From positions 3,483,077-3,547,076 of the forward strand of contig OZ220691.1 in assembly GCA_965116475.1 (NCBI GenBank): a stretch of 64,000 bases of DNA. The letters are read 5' to 3'. The DNA comes from Gemmatimonadota bacterium. Lineage in GTDB: Bacteria; Gemmatimonadota; Gemmatimonadetes; Palauibacterales; Palauibacteraceae. Under the pieces are notes generated by a model. That model was not told the origin of the DNA. It made no database searches and worked only from the letters and a program-made list of their open reading frames with translations. Below, piece by piece: positions 19,913-29,507 of this stretch. A program made the translations under genes and the position numbers. Positions within the stretch are counted from its first letter, which is position 1. Each line of letters starts with the position of its first letter.

Positions 19913-21471
19913 GCGAGCGGCGTCCGGTCTTTTCCACGACGAGCGGCATCGAAGTCGACCCGGTCTACCGCGCGGGCGAGGCGAGACCGGAACCGGCGCT
20001 GCCCGGCGAGTTCCCCTACACGCGCGGCGTGTACCCCACGATGTACCGGGGGCGGCTGTGGACGATGCGCCAGTACGCCGGCTTCGGCACGGCGGCGGCG
20101 ACGAACGCCCGTTTCCGCTATCTGCTGGAATCCGGGCAGACGGGCCTTTCCGTGGCCTTCGACCTTCCGACCCAGATGGGGTACGACTCCGACGACGCCA
20201 GGGTGCGGGGGGAAGTCGGACGGGTCGGCGTCGCGATCGATTCGATCGAGGACATGCACCGCCTGTTCGACGAGATTCCGCTCGAGCGCGTATCGACGGC
20301 CATGACGATCAACGCCACCGCGCCCGTGCTCCTCGCGATGTACGCGGGCGCGGCCCGGGAACGGGGGATCGACCCGGCGGTCCTCCGGGGCACGGTCCAG
20401 AACGATGTGCTGAAAGAGTTCATCGCGCGCGGGACGTACATCTATCCGGTGGAGCCCAGCGTTCGGTTCGTGACGGACGTGTTCGACTTCTGCGCCCGGG
20501 AGATGCCGCGCTGGCGCTCGATCTCCATCAGCGGGTATCACATCCGCGAAGCCGGGGCGACGGCGGCCCAGGAGCTGGCCTTTACGATCGCCAACGGGCT
20601 CGAATACGTGCGCCGCGCTACCGCCCGCGGGCTGAAGATCGACGACTTCGCTCCCGGGCTCAGCTTCTTCTTCTCCGCCGACCGGCTGTTCTTCGAGGAG
20701 GTGGCCAAGTTCCGCGCGGCCCGCCGCATGTGGGCCCGGCTCATGCGGGACCGTTTCGGGGCCGCGGAGGAGAGTTGCCGGCTGAAGTTCCATACCCAGA
20801 CGTCGGGGGCGGCGCTGACGGCCCAGCAGCCGCTGAACAACGTCGTGCGCGTCGCGGTCCAGGCGCTTTCCGCCGTCCTCGGGGGGACGCAGTCGCTGCA
20901 CACGAACAGCTACGACGAAGCGCTATCGCTTCCCGGGGCGGACGCCGCCCGGCTCGCGCTCCGGACGCAGCAGGTCCTCGCCGCCGAGACGGGCGTCGGG
21001 GACACCGTCGATCCTCTGGGGGGCTCCTGGTTCGTGGAGTCGCTCACGGACGACCTCGAGGCGCGCGCCGCGGCATACCTCGCGCGCATCGAGGAACTGG
21101 GCGGCCCCGTCCAGGCGATCGACTACATGCGGGAGGAGATCCACCTCGCCGCCCGCCGGCACCAGGAGGCGGTCGAGAGAGGTGAACTCGAAGTCGTCGG
21201 CGTGAACGTGCACGCGGACGCCGACCCGGTCGAGATGCCGAAGGCGCCGGATTTCGCCCGCCTGGCGGATGAACAGCGCGGGCGGCTCGCGCGGCTCAGG
21301 GCGGAAAGGGACAGCGCGGGCGTGGAGGCGTCGCTGGCGGAGATCCGGCGGGCGGCGGCCGGAGATGCTAACCTCCTGCCCGTTCTGATCGACGCCGTCC
21401 GGCGCCGCGCGACGCTGGGCGAGATCAGCCATGCGCTGCGCGATGTGTGGGGGGAGTACCGTCCCGGCTGA
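19909..21471 (+). CDS. Methylmalonyl-CoA mutase, catalytic (N-terminal) domain subunit
   Basis: MCM TIM-barrel domain motifs (RQYAGFG, GLSVAFDLPTQMGYDSD); no B12-binding domain in this ORF or adjacent. Confidence 0.9.
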   Translation: MSERRPVFSTTSGIEVDPVYRAGEARPEPALPGEFPYTRGVYPTMYRGRLWTMRQYAGFGTAAATNARFRYLLESGQTGLSVAFDLPTQMGYDSDDARVRGEVGRVGVAIDSIEDMHRLFDEIPLERVSTAMTINATAPVLLAMYAGAARERGIDPAVLRGTVQNDVLKEFIARGTYIYPVEPSVRFVTDVFDFCAREMPRWRSISISGYHIREAGATAAQELAFTIANGLEYVRRATARGLKIDDFAPGLSFFFSADRLFFEEVAKFRAARRMWARLMRDRFGAAEESCRLKFHTQTSGAALTAQQPLNNVVRVAVQALSAVLGGTQSLHTNSYDEALSLPGADAARLALRTQQVLAAETGVGDTVDPLGGSWFVESLTDDLEARAAAYLARIEELGGPVQAIDYMREEIHLAARRHQEAVERGELEVVGVNVHADADPVEMPKAPDFARLADEQRGRLARLRAERDSAGVEASLAEIRRAAAGDANLLPVLIDAVRRRATLGEISHALRDVWGEYRPG

Positions 21472-21516
21472 CCGCGGGCGGCGTCACGCGTTTCACGGAT
21501 TCATCCGGGGGCAGGT

Positions 21517-21831
21517 GTGCCAACGTACGAATACAGATGTCGCGGTTGCCGACACGATTTCGAGCGGTTCCAGCGCATGTCGGACGCCCCGGTCCGCGTC
21601 TGTCCGTCGTGCGGGGAACAGCAGGTGAAGCGGCTGATCTCGACCGGTGGCGGCATCGTCTTCAAGGGTCCCGGTTTCTACGCGACCGACTACCGGCAGC
21701 CGGCCGCTGATGGCGGGAAGTCCGGCGCGGCGGAGGCGTCGGACGATGACTCGTCTCCTGCGCGGGGCGGCGCCTCGTCTACGACGGATGCCGCTTCAGC
21801 AGGGTCATCGGAAAGCGGCTCCGACTCTTGA
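21517..21831 (+). CDS. FmdB-family zinc-ribbon protein
   Basis: MPTYEYRCRGCRHDFE...CPSCG. Confidence 0.7.
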   Translation: MPTYEYRCRGCRHDFERFQRMSDAPVRVCPSCGEQQVKRLISTGGGIVFKGPGFYATDYRQPAADGGKSGAAEASDDDSSPARGGASSTTDAASAGSSESGSDS

Positions 21832-23516
21832 CGGGGGATGCCGGTCCGGCCCGGCTCGCCGCGGCGCTCGAATCCGCCCTGTCCGCCGTCGGGGCACCGG
21901 AGGGCTTCTCCCCGGAACTGGAGCGGCCGCGCGATCCGACGCACGGAGACTGGGCATCCAACGCGGCGCTCGTGCTCGCGAAGACGCTGGGCCAGCCTCC
22001 CCGGGCGCTCGCGGAGCGCGTCTGCGAACTCATCGACGCCGCGGCCGCCGGCATCTCGGCGGTGGAAGTCGCGGGCCCCGGGTTCCTGAACTTCCGGCTC
22101 TCCGGCCGATCCATCTGGCGGCGGCTGGCGGAGGTCATCGAGGCGGGCCGCGACTGGGGGCGGACGCGGGCCTCCCCGGCGCTCCGCGTCAACGTGGAGT
22201 TCGTTTCCGCCAATCCGACGGGGCCGCTGCATGTGGCCCACGGGCGCGGCGCGGCGCTCGGCGACGCCGTCGCCTCGTTGCTGGAATGGGCCGGACACGA
22301 AGTGACTCGTGAGTTCTACGTGAACGACGCCGGGCGGCAGATCGAACTCCTCGGCGAATCCGTCGAAGCCCGCTACGAGGAGACGGCCGGCCGGCCCGCC
22401 GCCATTCCCGAAGGCGGATATCACGGCGAGTACGTCCGCGATGTGGCGCTGGCGATCCGCGACGCCGCCGGCCCGGAGGTTCTCGCCTCGCTCGCGCCGG
22501 GCGAGCGGCGCGCGCATTTCCGGCGCGAAGCCGTGCGCCTGCTCCGCGAGGAACAGGCGGAGGACCTGTCGCGCTTCGGCGTCGACATGGATCTGTACTA
22601 CTCCGAACGCTCGCTCTACGAGTCCGGTGCCGTCGACCGCCTGCTCGAGGCGCTCGAGGCCGGCGACCTGATCTACCGCTCGGAGGGAGCGACCTGGCTT
22701 CGGACGTCGAATCTGGGCGACGAGAAGGACCGGGTCCTCATCAAGAGCGACGGCTCCTTCACCTACTTTCTGCCGGACCTCGCCTATCACCTCGACAAGG
22801 CGAGGCGCGGCTTCGAACTCGCGATCGACGTCTGGGGCGCGGATCATCAGGGCCACGAGAAGCGCATGCTGGCGGCCCTGCGCGGACTGTCGCACCCTGA
22901 CCTGCTCGAGGTCCTGATCATCCAGCTCGTCACGGTGCTGCGCGACGGGAAGGAAGTCCGGATGAGCAAGCGCGCCGGGCGCTTCGTAACGCTGGGCGAA
23001 CTCGTCGACGAAACGGGGCCGGATGTGGCGCGGTACTTTTTCCTCATGCGCCGGGCGGAGGTCCATCTCAATTTCGATCTCGACCTCGCGCTGGACACGT
23101 CGGACGCGAATCCGGTCTTCAAGGTCCAATACGCGCATGCACGCATGTGCAGCGTATTCCGCAAGGCCGGCATCGCCGCGGAACAGGTGCCGGCCGCGCT
23201 CGACGTCCCGGACACCTTCGGCACTCCCCCGGAGCGCGAGGTCGCCCTGTCCGTCATACGGCTTCCGGAGGTCATCGCGACCGCCGCGGCGGGCCGGGCT
23301 CCGCACCTGGTCTGCGCCTACCTCGAGGAGACGGCGGGGCTCGTGAACGCCTGGTACCACCAAGGCAACCTGGACCCGGCGCAGAGGATCCTGGCCGAGG
23401 TGCCGGAACGGGCCGCGAGAATCCGGCTCGCGCGCGCGGTCCAGCTCACGCTGCGCAACGGGCTGCGGGCCCTCGGCCTCTCGGCGCCCGAGACCATGAT
23501 CCGGGAGGCGACGTGA
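21828..23516 (+). CDS. argS: Arginine--tRNA ligase
   Basis: Class I ArgRS (HVAHGRGAALGDAV, NDAGRQIELLG, KMSKR-like MSKRAG). Confidence 0.95.
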   Translation: MTGDAGPARLAAALESALSAVGAPEGFSPELERPRDPTHGDWASNAALVLAKTLGQPPRALAERVCELIDAAAAGISAVEVAGPGFLNFRLSGRSIWRRLAEVIEAGRDWGRTRASPALRVNVEFVSANPTGPLHVAHGRGAALGDAVASLLEWAGHEVTREFYVNDAGRQIELLGESVEARYEETAGRPAAIPEGGYHGEYVRDVALAIRDAAGPEVLASLAPGERRAHFRREAVRLLREEQAEDLSRFGVDMDLYYSERSLYESGAVDRLLEALEAGDLIYRSEGATWLRTSNLGDEKDRVLIKSDGSFTYFLPDLAYHLDKARRGFELAIDVWGADHQGHEKRMLAALRGLSHPDLLEVLIIQLVTVLRDGKEVRMSKRAGRFVTLGELVDETGPDVARYFFLMRRAEVHLNFDLDLALDTSDANPVFKVQYAHARMCSVFRKAGIAAEQVPAALDVPDTFGTPPEREVALSVIRLPEVIATAAAGRAPHLVCAYLEETAGLVNAWYHQGNLDPAQRILAEVPERAARIRLARAVQLTLRNGLRALGLSAPETMIREAT

Positions 23517-24469
23517 GGCACGGTGCCCCCGTGGAGGAGGATGCCCGGGCTCCGGCGACGCCGATTCTCGTTGTGGGCAGCGTCGCCCTCGATGAGATTT
23601 CGACCCCCGCCGGACACCGGGAGGGCGTGGTCGGCGGGACGGCGGTCAACTTCAGCGCCGCGGCGTCCCTGCTCGCGCCCGTCCAGCTCGTGGGAGTCAT
23701 CGGCGATGACTATCCGACGGAGGAACTCGACTTCCTTCGCCGCAGGGGCGCGGACCTGTCGGGGCTCGAGCAGCGGCCCGGCCGGAGCTTCCGGTGGGGC
23801 GGCTTCTATCACCGCGACATGAATACGCGGGACACGACGTTCACCGAACTGGGCGTCTTCGCGGATTTCCATCCGACGATTCCCGACGCGTTCCGCAGCG
23901 CGCCCTGGGCCTTTCTGGGCGCCATCGACCCCGCCCTTCAACTCGAGGTGCTGGACCAGATCGAGTCGCCCGTGCTCACGGCGTGCGACACGATGAACTA
24001 CTGGATCGAGGGGACGCCGGAGCGCCTCGCCGAAGTCATCGCGAAGATCGACCTCATCACGCTGAACGACGAGGAGGCGAAGCAGCTGTCCGGGGAGCAC
24101 AACCTGGCCCGGGCCGCGCGCTGGATTCAGAGCCGGGGCCCGCGCCACGTCGTGATCAAGAAGGGAGAACACGGAGCCGTGCTGCTCACGGGCGACGGCT
24201 TCTTCCTCACCCCGGGCTTTCCGCTCGAAGATGTGGTCGACCCCACCGGGGCCGGCGATGCGTTCGCGGGCGGCCTGCTCGGGTATCTGGCGCGCTGCGG
24301 TTCGATCTCGGGACCGACGTTGAGGCGCGCCGTCGTGTACGGCTGCGCCCTCGGTTCCTTCGCATGCGAAGCCTTCGGGGCGCGCCGCATGGTGACGCTC
24401 ACCATGGCCGAAGTGGAGGACCGCGTGCGAAGCTTCGGGACGCTCACGAGATTCGATGTTCCAGGGTAA
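23513..24469 (+). CDS. PfkB-family carbohydrate kinase
   Basis: C-terminal DPTGAGDAFAGG motif; GTG start overlapping argS stop (GTGA); upstream part of ORF 23147 is an out-of-frame extension over argS. Confidence 0.75.
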   Translation: MRHGAPVEEDARAPATPILVVGSVALDEISTPAGHREGVVGGTAVNFSAAASLLAPVQLVGVIGDDYPTEELDFLRRRGADLSGLEQRPGRSFRWGGFYHRDMNTRDTTFTELGVFADFHPTIPDAFRSAPWAFLGAIDPALQLEVLDQIESPVLTACDTMNYWIEGTPERLAEVIAKIDLITLNDEEAKQLSGEHNLARAARWIQSRGPRHVVIKKGEHGAVLLTGDGFFLTPGFPLEDVVDPTGAGDAFAGGLLGYLARCGSISGPTLRRAVVYGCALGSFACEAFGARRMVTLTMAEVEDRVRSFGTLTRFDVPG

Positions 24470-24483
24470 GGCGTGAAGGAGAT

Positions 24484-25509
24484 ATGAGCGACGGATTGAC
24501 GTACCGGGACGCGGGCGTGGACCTCGAGGCGGCGCGCGCGACGAAGGCCCGGATCTCCCGGCTGGTCCAGGGGACCCGGACCGATGCGGTGAGTTCCGAC
24601 TTCGGCTCGTTCGGAGGGCGGTTCCGGGCGACCCCGGGCCGGGAACTCGTGGCGAGCGCCGATGGCGTCGGGACAAAGCTGAAGATCGCCTTCATGGCGG
24701 ACCGGCACGACACGGTAGGCGCCGATCTCGTGAACCACTGTGTGAACGACATCCTCGTTGAAGGCGCCCGGCCTCTGATCTTCATGGACTATGTCGCCTG
24801 CGGCGTGCTGGACCCGGACACCGTGACGAGCGTCGTGTCGGGACTCGCCGACGCCTGTCGCGCGAACGGCTGCGCGCTGCTCGGGGGAGAGACCGCGGAG
24901 ATGCCGGATTTCTATGCGCCGGGGGAATACGACCTCGCCGGGTTCGTGGTGGGCGAGATCGTCTACCCGGAGCTGTCCCGCAGAGATCTGGAGCCGGGGG
25001 ACCATCTCGTCGGGCTCGCATCGAGCGGCATCCACACGAACGGCTACAGCTTCGTGCGCGCCCTCTTCTTCGACCGTCTCGGACTCGGGGCCCACGACGC
25101 CTTCCCGGGCGCCGAAGGTTCTGTGTCGGACATCCTCCTGCGCCCTCACCGGAGTTACCTGCCGATCCTGGAGCGCAGCCTCGAAGCAGGCCGCGTGCGG
25201 GCGCTGGCGCACATCACGGGGGGCGGGATCCCGGGGAACGTGGACCGGGTCATCGGACCGGATCTCGATGCGGTGGTGCGCACCGACCGCTGGGCGCGCC
25301 CGCACGAGTTCGACGTCATCGCGCGCGAAAGCGGGGCGGACGAGGCGGAGCTCTTCTCCACCTTCAACATGGGCGTGGGGATGGTCGCGGTCGTGCGCGG
25401 GGGGGAGGCCGGACGGGTGCTCGACGAGATTCGCGACGCCGGCTGCGAGGCGTTCATATGCGGCGAACTCGTCGCGGGCAGCGGCAAGGTGCACCTGGAG
25501 GGTTCGTGA
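24484..25509 (+). CDS. purM: Phosphoribosylformylglycinamidine cyclo-ligase (AIR synthetase)
   Basis: MSDGLTYRDAGVD..., DGVGTKL motif; ATG 24484 with upstream GGAG. Confidence 0.95.
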   Translation: MSDGLTYRDAGVDLEAARATKARISRLVQGTRTDAVSSDFGSFGGRFRATPGRELVASADGVGTKLKIAFMADRHDTVGADLVNHCVNDILVEGARPLIFMDYVACGVLDPDTVTSVVSGLADACRANGCALLGGETAEMPDFYAPGEYDLAGFVVGEIVYPELSRRDLEPGDHLVGLASSGIHTNGYSFVRALFFDRLGLGAHDAFPGAEGSVSDILLRPHRSYLPILERSLEAGRVRALAHITGGGIPGNVDRVIGPDLDAVVRTDRWARPHEFDVIARESGADEAELFSTFNMGVGMVAVVRGGEAGRVLDEIRDAGCEAFICGELVAGSGKVHLEGS

Positions 25510-26666
25510 CGGCGCGGGGATTCGACCCCATCGCCGGGGCGCCGCCGAGCCGCACCGAGGACCTGCGGCACATGCGCGAGGCGCTGGCGGTGGCGCCGCG
25601 CGGGCAGGGCCGCGTGTCGCCGAATCCGCTCGTGGGCGCCGTCGTGGCCCGGGGGAACCAGGTCTTCGGCACGGGGTGGCACGCGGAATACGGCGGCGAT
25701 CATGCGGAAGTCATGGCGCTGCGGGAGGCCGGGCCGCGGGCGGCGGGCGCAACGCTGTACGTCACGCTCGAGCCGTGCCGCCACGAGGGGCAGACGCCCC
25801 CGTGCACCGCCGCCATCATCCGCTCCGGTGTGCGGCGCGTCGTGATCGCCTGCCGGGACCCCAATCCGGAGGCGCGCCATGGGGCGGAGGAGCTGCGGCA
25901 GGCCGGCCTGGACGTCGAAATCGGCATCGAGGAGAACGCCGCGAAACGGCTGAACGCGGCCTTCCTCTGGTTTCACCGGCGGTGGGTGCCCTTCGCCTCG
26001 CTCAAACTCGCGCTCTCCCTCGACGCGAAGCTGGGAGAGGAGAGCGTTCGCACGCCGGTGACCGGCATACGGGCGCTCGACGAGGTCCACCGCCTTCGCT
26101 CCTGCAACGATGCGATCCTGATCGGTTCGAACACGATCGAGATCGACGATCCCCTGCTGACGGCCCGCGGCGAGGTCGTGCCGCGCGTACCGCCGATACG
26201 GGCGGTCCTGGACACCACGCTCCGGCTCCGAACGTCGAGTCAACTCGTGCGCACGGCCTCCCAGGCGCCCGTATGGGCCTTCGCCGACCCCGAGTCGGAC
26301 GGCTTCGAGGAGCGCGCGGGCCCGCTCCGCGATGCGGGCGTGGAAGTGATCGGAGTGCCGCCGAGCGAGGACCACAGGCTCGATCTGGGCGCCGTCTGGA
26401 ACGAAATGGCCATCCGCGGCGTGCTCTCGGTGCTCGTCGAGGGCGGAGGGCAGGTCGCCGCGTCGTTGCTGCGCGACGGGCACATCCAGCGGATCCATGC
26501 CTTCATCGCCCCCATGTTCTACGGGCGGGATGGCGTGCCGGCCTTTCCGGGTCTCGAGCCTTCGACGCCTGGCGACTGGCTGGCCGTGCAGCGAGAATCG
26601 CTGGGACAGGACACGCATGTCGTGTTCGAGCACCGCCAGCTCCAGGAAACCCTGGACAACCTCTGA
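25506..26666 (+). CDS. ribD: Bifunctional diaminohydroxyphosphoribosylaminopyrimidine deaminase / 5-amino-6-(5-phosphoribosylamino)uracil reductase
   Basis: CDA zinc motif HAEV...EPCRHEGQTPPC; reductase C-terminal domain; GTG start overlaps purM stop. Confidence 0.9.
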   Translation: MTARGFDPIAGAPPSRTEDLRHMREALAVAPRGQGRVSPNPLVGAVVARGNQVFGTGWHAEYGGDHAEVMALREAGPRAAGATLYVTLEPCRHEGQTPPCTAAIIRSGVRRVVIACRDPNPEARHGAEELRQAGLDVEIGIEENAAKRLNAAFLWFHRRWVPFASLKLALSLDAKLGEESVRTPVTGIRALDEVHRLRSCNDAILIGSNTIEIDDPLLTARGEVVPRVPPIRAVLDTTLRLRTSSQLVRTASQAPVWAFADPESDGFEERAGPLRDAGVEVIGVPPSEDHRLDLGAVWNEMAIRGVLSVLVEGGGQVAASLLRDGHIQRIHAFIAPMFYGRDGVPAFPGLEPSTPGDWLAVQRESLGQDTHVVFEHRQLQETLDNL

Positions 26667-26678
26667 GCGGCCGGATTC

Positions 26679-27287
26679 GTGTTCACCGGAATCATACAGG
26701 CGGTTGGCGAGGTCGCGGGCCGTGAGCGCCGAAAGACCGGGCTGCGGCTGACGATCGCCCGCGTCCCGTTTCTCGAACGGCTCCGGGACGGAGATTCGGT
26801 GTCGCTCGCGGGTGTGTGCACGACGGTCGTTGCGCTTGGAGAGGAGACCTTCGATGTCGATGTCGTCGAGGCCACGCTGGAGCGGACGACGGTCGGGAGG
26901 TGGGGGGTCGGCGATCCCGTGAACCTCGAGCCTGCGCTGCGCGCCGGGGATCCGCTGGGCGGGCACATGGTCCAGGGACACATCGATGGGGTGGGGACCG
27001 TGACGGCGGCCAGGTGGGAAGGCGGGTCGGGCGTGCTCGAGATCGAACTCCCGGACGGCCTCGAGGGGGTGACCGTGCCGCAGGGCTCCCTCGCGGTCGA
27101 CGGCGTGAGTCTCACGGTCAACCGCTTGAGCGGGGCCATCGCGCGCTTCGCCATCATCCCATATACATGGACCCACACGACCCTGGGGCGCCTCGTGTCC
27201 GGCGCGAGCGTCAACCTCGAGGCGGACCTGATCGGCAAGCACGTGGCGCGTGCCCTCCGACCACACGCGGCCCCGGCGGACCAGTAG
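26679..27287 (+). CDS. ribE: Riboflavin synthase
   Basis: MFTGIIQAVG N-terminus, duplicated lumazine-binding halves. Confidence 0.9.
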   Translation: MFTGIIQAVGEVAGRERRKTGLRLTIARVPFLERLRDGDSVSLAGVCTTVVALGEETFDVDVVEATLERTTVGRWGVGDPVNLEPALRAGDPLGGHMVQGHIDGVGTVTAARWEGGSGVLEIELPDGLEGVTVPQGSLAVDGVSLTVNRLSGAIARFAIIPYTWTHTTLGRLVSGASVNLEADLIGKHVARALRPHAAPADQ

Positions 27288-27299
27288 GCTTCCGTTCGA

Positions 27300-28547
27300 A
27301 TGGAAACCGGGAAAGGATCTCGGCTGGCGGACATGGCCGCAGACACGGTGGAAGCGGCGATCGCGCGTATCCGCAGCGGCGGACTCGTGATCATCGCCGA
27401 CGATGAAGATCGCGAGAACGAGGGGGACCTCGTCTGCGCGGCGGCGTTGGCGACGCCCGAGACGATCAACTTCATGGCCAGGCACGCCCGGGGACTCATC
27501 TGCCTCGCGATGCCCGATGAGATGGCCGATCGCCTCGATCTCCCGCTCATGACGGACGACCGGCTGGCCGATCCCAACAAGACGGCGTTCACCGTGTCGA
27601 TCGATGCCCGCCAGGACTTCGGCGTGTCGACCGGGATCTCCGCGCAGGATCGCGCCCGGACCATCCGCGTCGCCGTGGATCCCCAGACGCGTCCCACGGA
27701 CCTCATGCGTCCCGGCCACATCTTTCCGCTCCGCTCCCGGCCCGGCGGCGTGCTGCAGCGCGTGGGCCAGACGGAGGCGTCCGTCGATCTCGCCCGGCTC
27801 GCCGGACTCACCCCGGCGGGCGTGATCTGCGAGATCCTCAACGAGGATGGGACGATGGCGCGCCGTCCGGAACTCGAGAAGTTCGCGGAGGAGCATGACC
27901 TTCCCTTCATCACGGTCGCTGCCCTCGTCTCCCACCGGTTGCGCACGGAGAGTCTCGTACGGCGCGTCGCCGAAGCGGACCTGCCCACGCCGTGGGGCGA
28001 TTTCCGCATCGTCGGGTACGCGAACGAGGTGGATGGGCGCGAACACGTCGCGCTGGTGCGCGGCGACGTGGCGGGTGCGGAAGATGTCCTCGTCCGCGTG
28101 CACTCGCGTTGCCTGACGGGCGATGTGTTCCACTCGCACCGCTGCGACTGCGGCAGCCAGCTCGACGCCGCGATGCGGATGGTCGTGGAGGCCGGCGCCG
28201 GGGTCATCGTCTATCTCGACCAGGAAGGGCGGGGGATCGGGCTCCTGAACAAGCTCCGAGCCTACGAGCTTCAGGACGAGGGTCACGACACGGTCGAGGC
28301 GAACGAGGCGCTCGGCTTCCCGCCCGACCTGCGGAACTACGGCATCGGGGCCCAGATCCTCGTGGATCTCGGACTGCACTCGATCCGCGTCCTGACGAAC
28401 AATCCGAAGAAGCTCGCGGGGCTGGAGGGGTTCGGCCTCGCGATCCGCGACCGCCTGCCGCTCGAGTTCGGCGGGGTCGACGACCGGGTGGTCCGCTATC
28501 TTCGCACGAAGCGCGAGAAGCTCGGACACCTGACCGGATCCGCGTGA
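27300..28547 (+). CDS. ribBA: Bifunctional 3,4-dihydroxy-2-butanone-4-phosphate synthase / GTP cyclohydrolase II
   Basis: DHBP synthase N-terminal domain (DDEDRENEGDLV) and GCHII domain (CDCGSQL). Confidence 0.95.
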   Translation: METGKGSRLADMAADTVEAAIARIRSGGLVIIADDEDRENEGDLVCAAALATPETINFMARHARGLICLAMPDEMADRLDLPLMTDDRLADPNKTAFTVSIDARQDFGVSTGISAQDRARTIRVAVDPQTRPTDLMRPGHIFPLRSRPGGVLQRVGQTEASVDLARLAGLTPAGVICEILNEDGTMARRPELEKFAEEHDLPFITVAALVSHRLRTESLVRRVAEADLPTPWGDFRIVGYANEVDGREHVALVRGDVAGAEDVLVRVHSRCLTGDVFHSHRCDCGSQLDAAMRMVVEAGAGVIVYLDQEGRGIGLLNKLRAYELQDEGHDTVEANEALGFPPDLRNYGIGAQILVDLGLHSIRVLTNNPKKLAGLEGFGLAIRDRLPLEFGGVDDRVVRYLRTKREKLGHLTGSA

Positions 28548-29068
28548 GAAGCGGGTCGGAACCTCCTCGCGGCGACGGCCCGGACGGCTTCACGCGCGGG
28601 CGTCTGAAGGAGTACGAGGGCGTGGCTTCGGGGAGCGGCCGGACGGTATGCATTCTCGTCAGCCGGTTCAACTCCCGGGTCACCGACCGCCTGCTGGAAG
28701 GCGCCGCGCGGACGGCGCTCGAATGCGGCGTGGCCGAGGAGGATGTCGATATCGTGTACGTCCCCGGCGCCTGGGAACTGCCGCTCGCCGCGCGGCGAGC
28801 CGCCGCGCGCGGATACGCCGCCATCGTCGCGCTGGGCTGCGTGATTCGCGGGGAAACCGCGCACTTCGACCACGTCAGCCGCGCGGCCACCGACGGCCTC
28901 GCAAGGGTACAGCTCGACGCGGGCGTGCCGGTCGGTCTCGGCGTGCTCACCCCGGACACGGTGGAGCAGGCACTCGCGCGGGCCGGCGGCGAACTCGGCA
29001 ACGCCGGTGCGGAGGCCGCCCGCGCCGCGCTCCGCATGGCCGACCTCCACGAACGGCTGGGCGCGTGA
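28544..29068 (+). CDS. ribH: 6,7-dimethyl-8-ribityllumazine synthase
   Basis: CILVSRFN..., GCVIRGETAHFD motifs; GTG start overlaps ribBA stop; start uncertain. Confidence 0.85.
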   Translation: MRSGSEPPRGDGPDGFTRGRLKEYEGVASGSGRTVCILVSRFNSRVTDRLLEGAARTALECGVAEEDVDIVYVPGAWELPLAARRAAARGYAAIVALGCVIRGETAHFDHVSRAATDGLARVQLDAGVPVGLGVLTPDTVEQALARAGGELGNAGAEAARAALRMADLHERLGA

Positions 29069-29499
29069 CGCCGACCGCCCGGACGCACGTACATTCGCGG
29101 GCCCGCAGCTGGGCGTTGAACTTCCTCTATGCGTGGGAAGTGGGCGGAGAGGGCACGCCGCTCGAACACGCGGCGCAGAGCCTCGTCCACCGCCGCATGT
29201 CCAAACGTTACCGCCCGCACGTCCGGCGTCTGCTCGAGACCGCGGGCCGCCATCTGGACGAGATCGACGCGACGATCGCTCATCACGCCTCCAACTGGCG
29301 GATCGAGCGCCTGCACGCCATCGATCGCAACATCCTGCGAATCGGGATCGCGGAACTGCTGTGGTTCGAAGACGTGCCGCCGAAGGTCGCGATTCACGAA
29401 GCCCTGAAACTGGCGCGCCGGTACGGCAGTCCCGGCAGTCCGCGCTTTCTCAACGGCGTGCTCGACGCGGTGCTGAAGGCCCGGGAGGCCGGGTCCTGA
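29065..29499 (+). CDS. nusB: Transcription antitermination factor NusB
   Basis: ARSWALNFLYAWEVGG N-terminus; classic ribH-nusB linkage. Confidence 0.85.
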   Translation: MTPTARTHVHSRARSWALNFLYAWEVGGEGTPLEHAAQSLVHRRMSKRYRPHVRRLLETAGRHLDEIDATIAHHASNWRIERLHAIDRNILRIGIAELLWFEDVPPKVAIHEALKLARRYGSPGSPRFLNGVLDAVLKAREAGS

Positions 29500-29507
29500 G
29501 CGAACCG

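Noticed and set aside
17776-20901. 1041-aa antisense ORF across accC/BCCP/MCM
   Set aside because: Same artefact; Arg/Pro/Gly-rich, antisense to three conserved genes.
23147-23512. N-terminal 120 codons of ORF 23147-24469 and of ORF 23794-25509
   Set aside because: Out-of-frame overlaps with argS and the PfkB kinase respectively; true starts are at the GTG (23513) and ATG (24484) that abut the upstream stops.
25440-25520. FMN riboswitch ahead of the rib genes
   Set aside because: ribD start overlaps the purM stop; there is no leader space. Any riboswitch would have to lie far upstream.
25155-28529. 1124-aa antisense ORF across purM-ribD-ribE-ribBA
   Set aside because: Same artefact.
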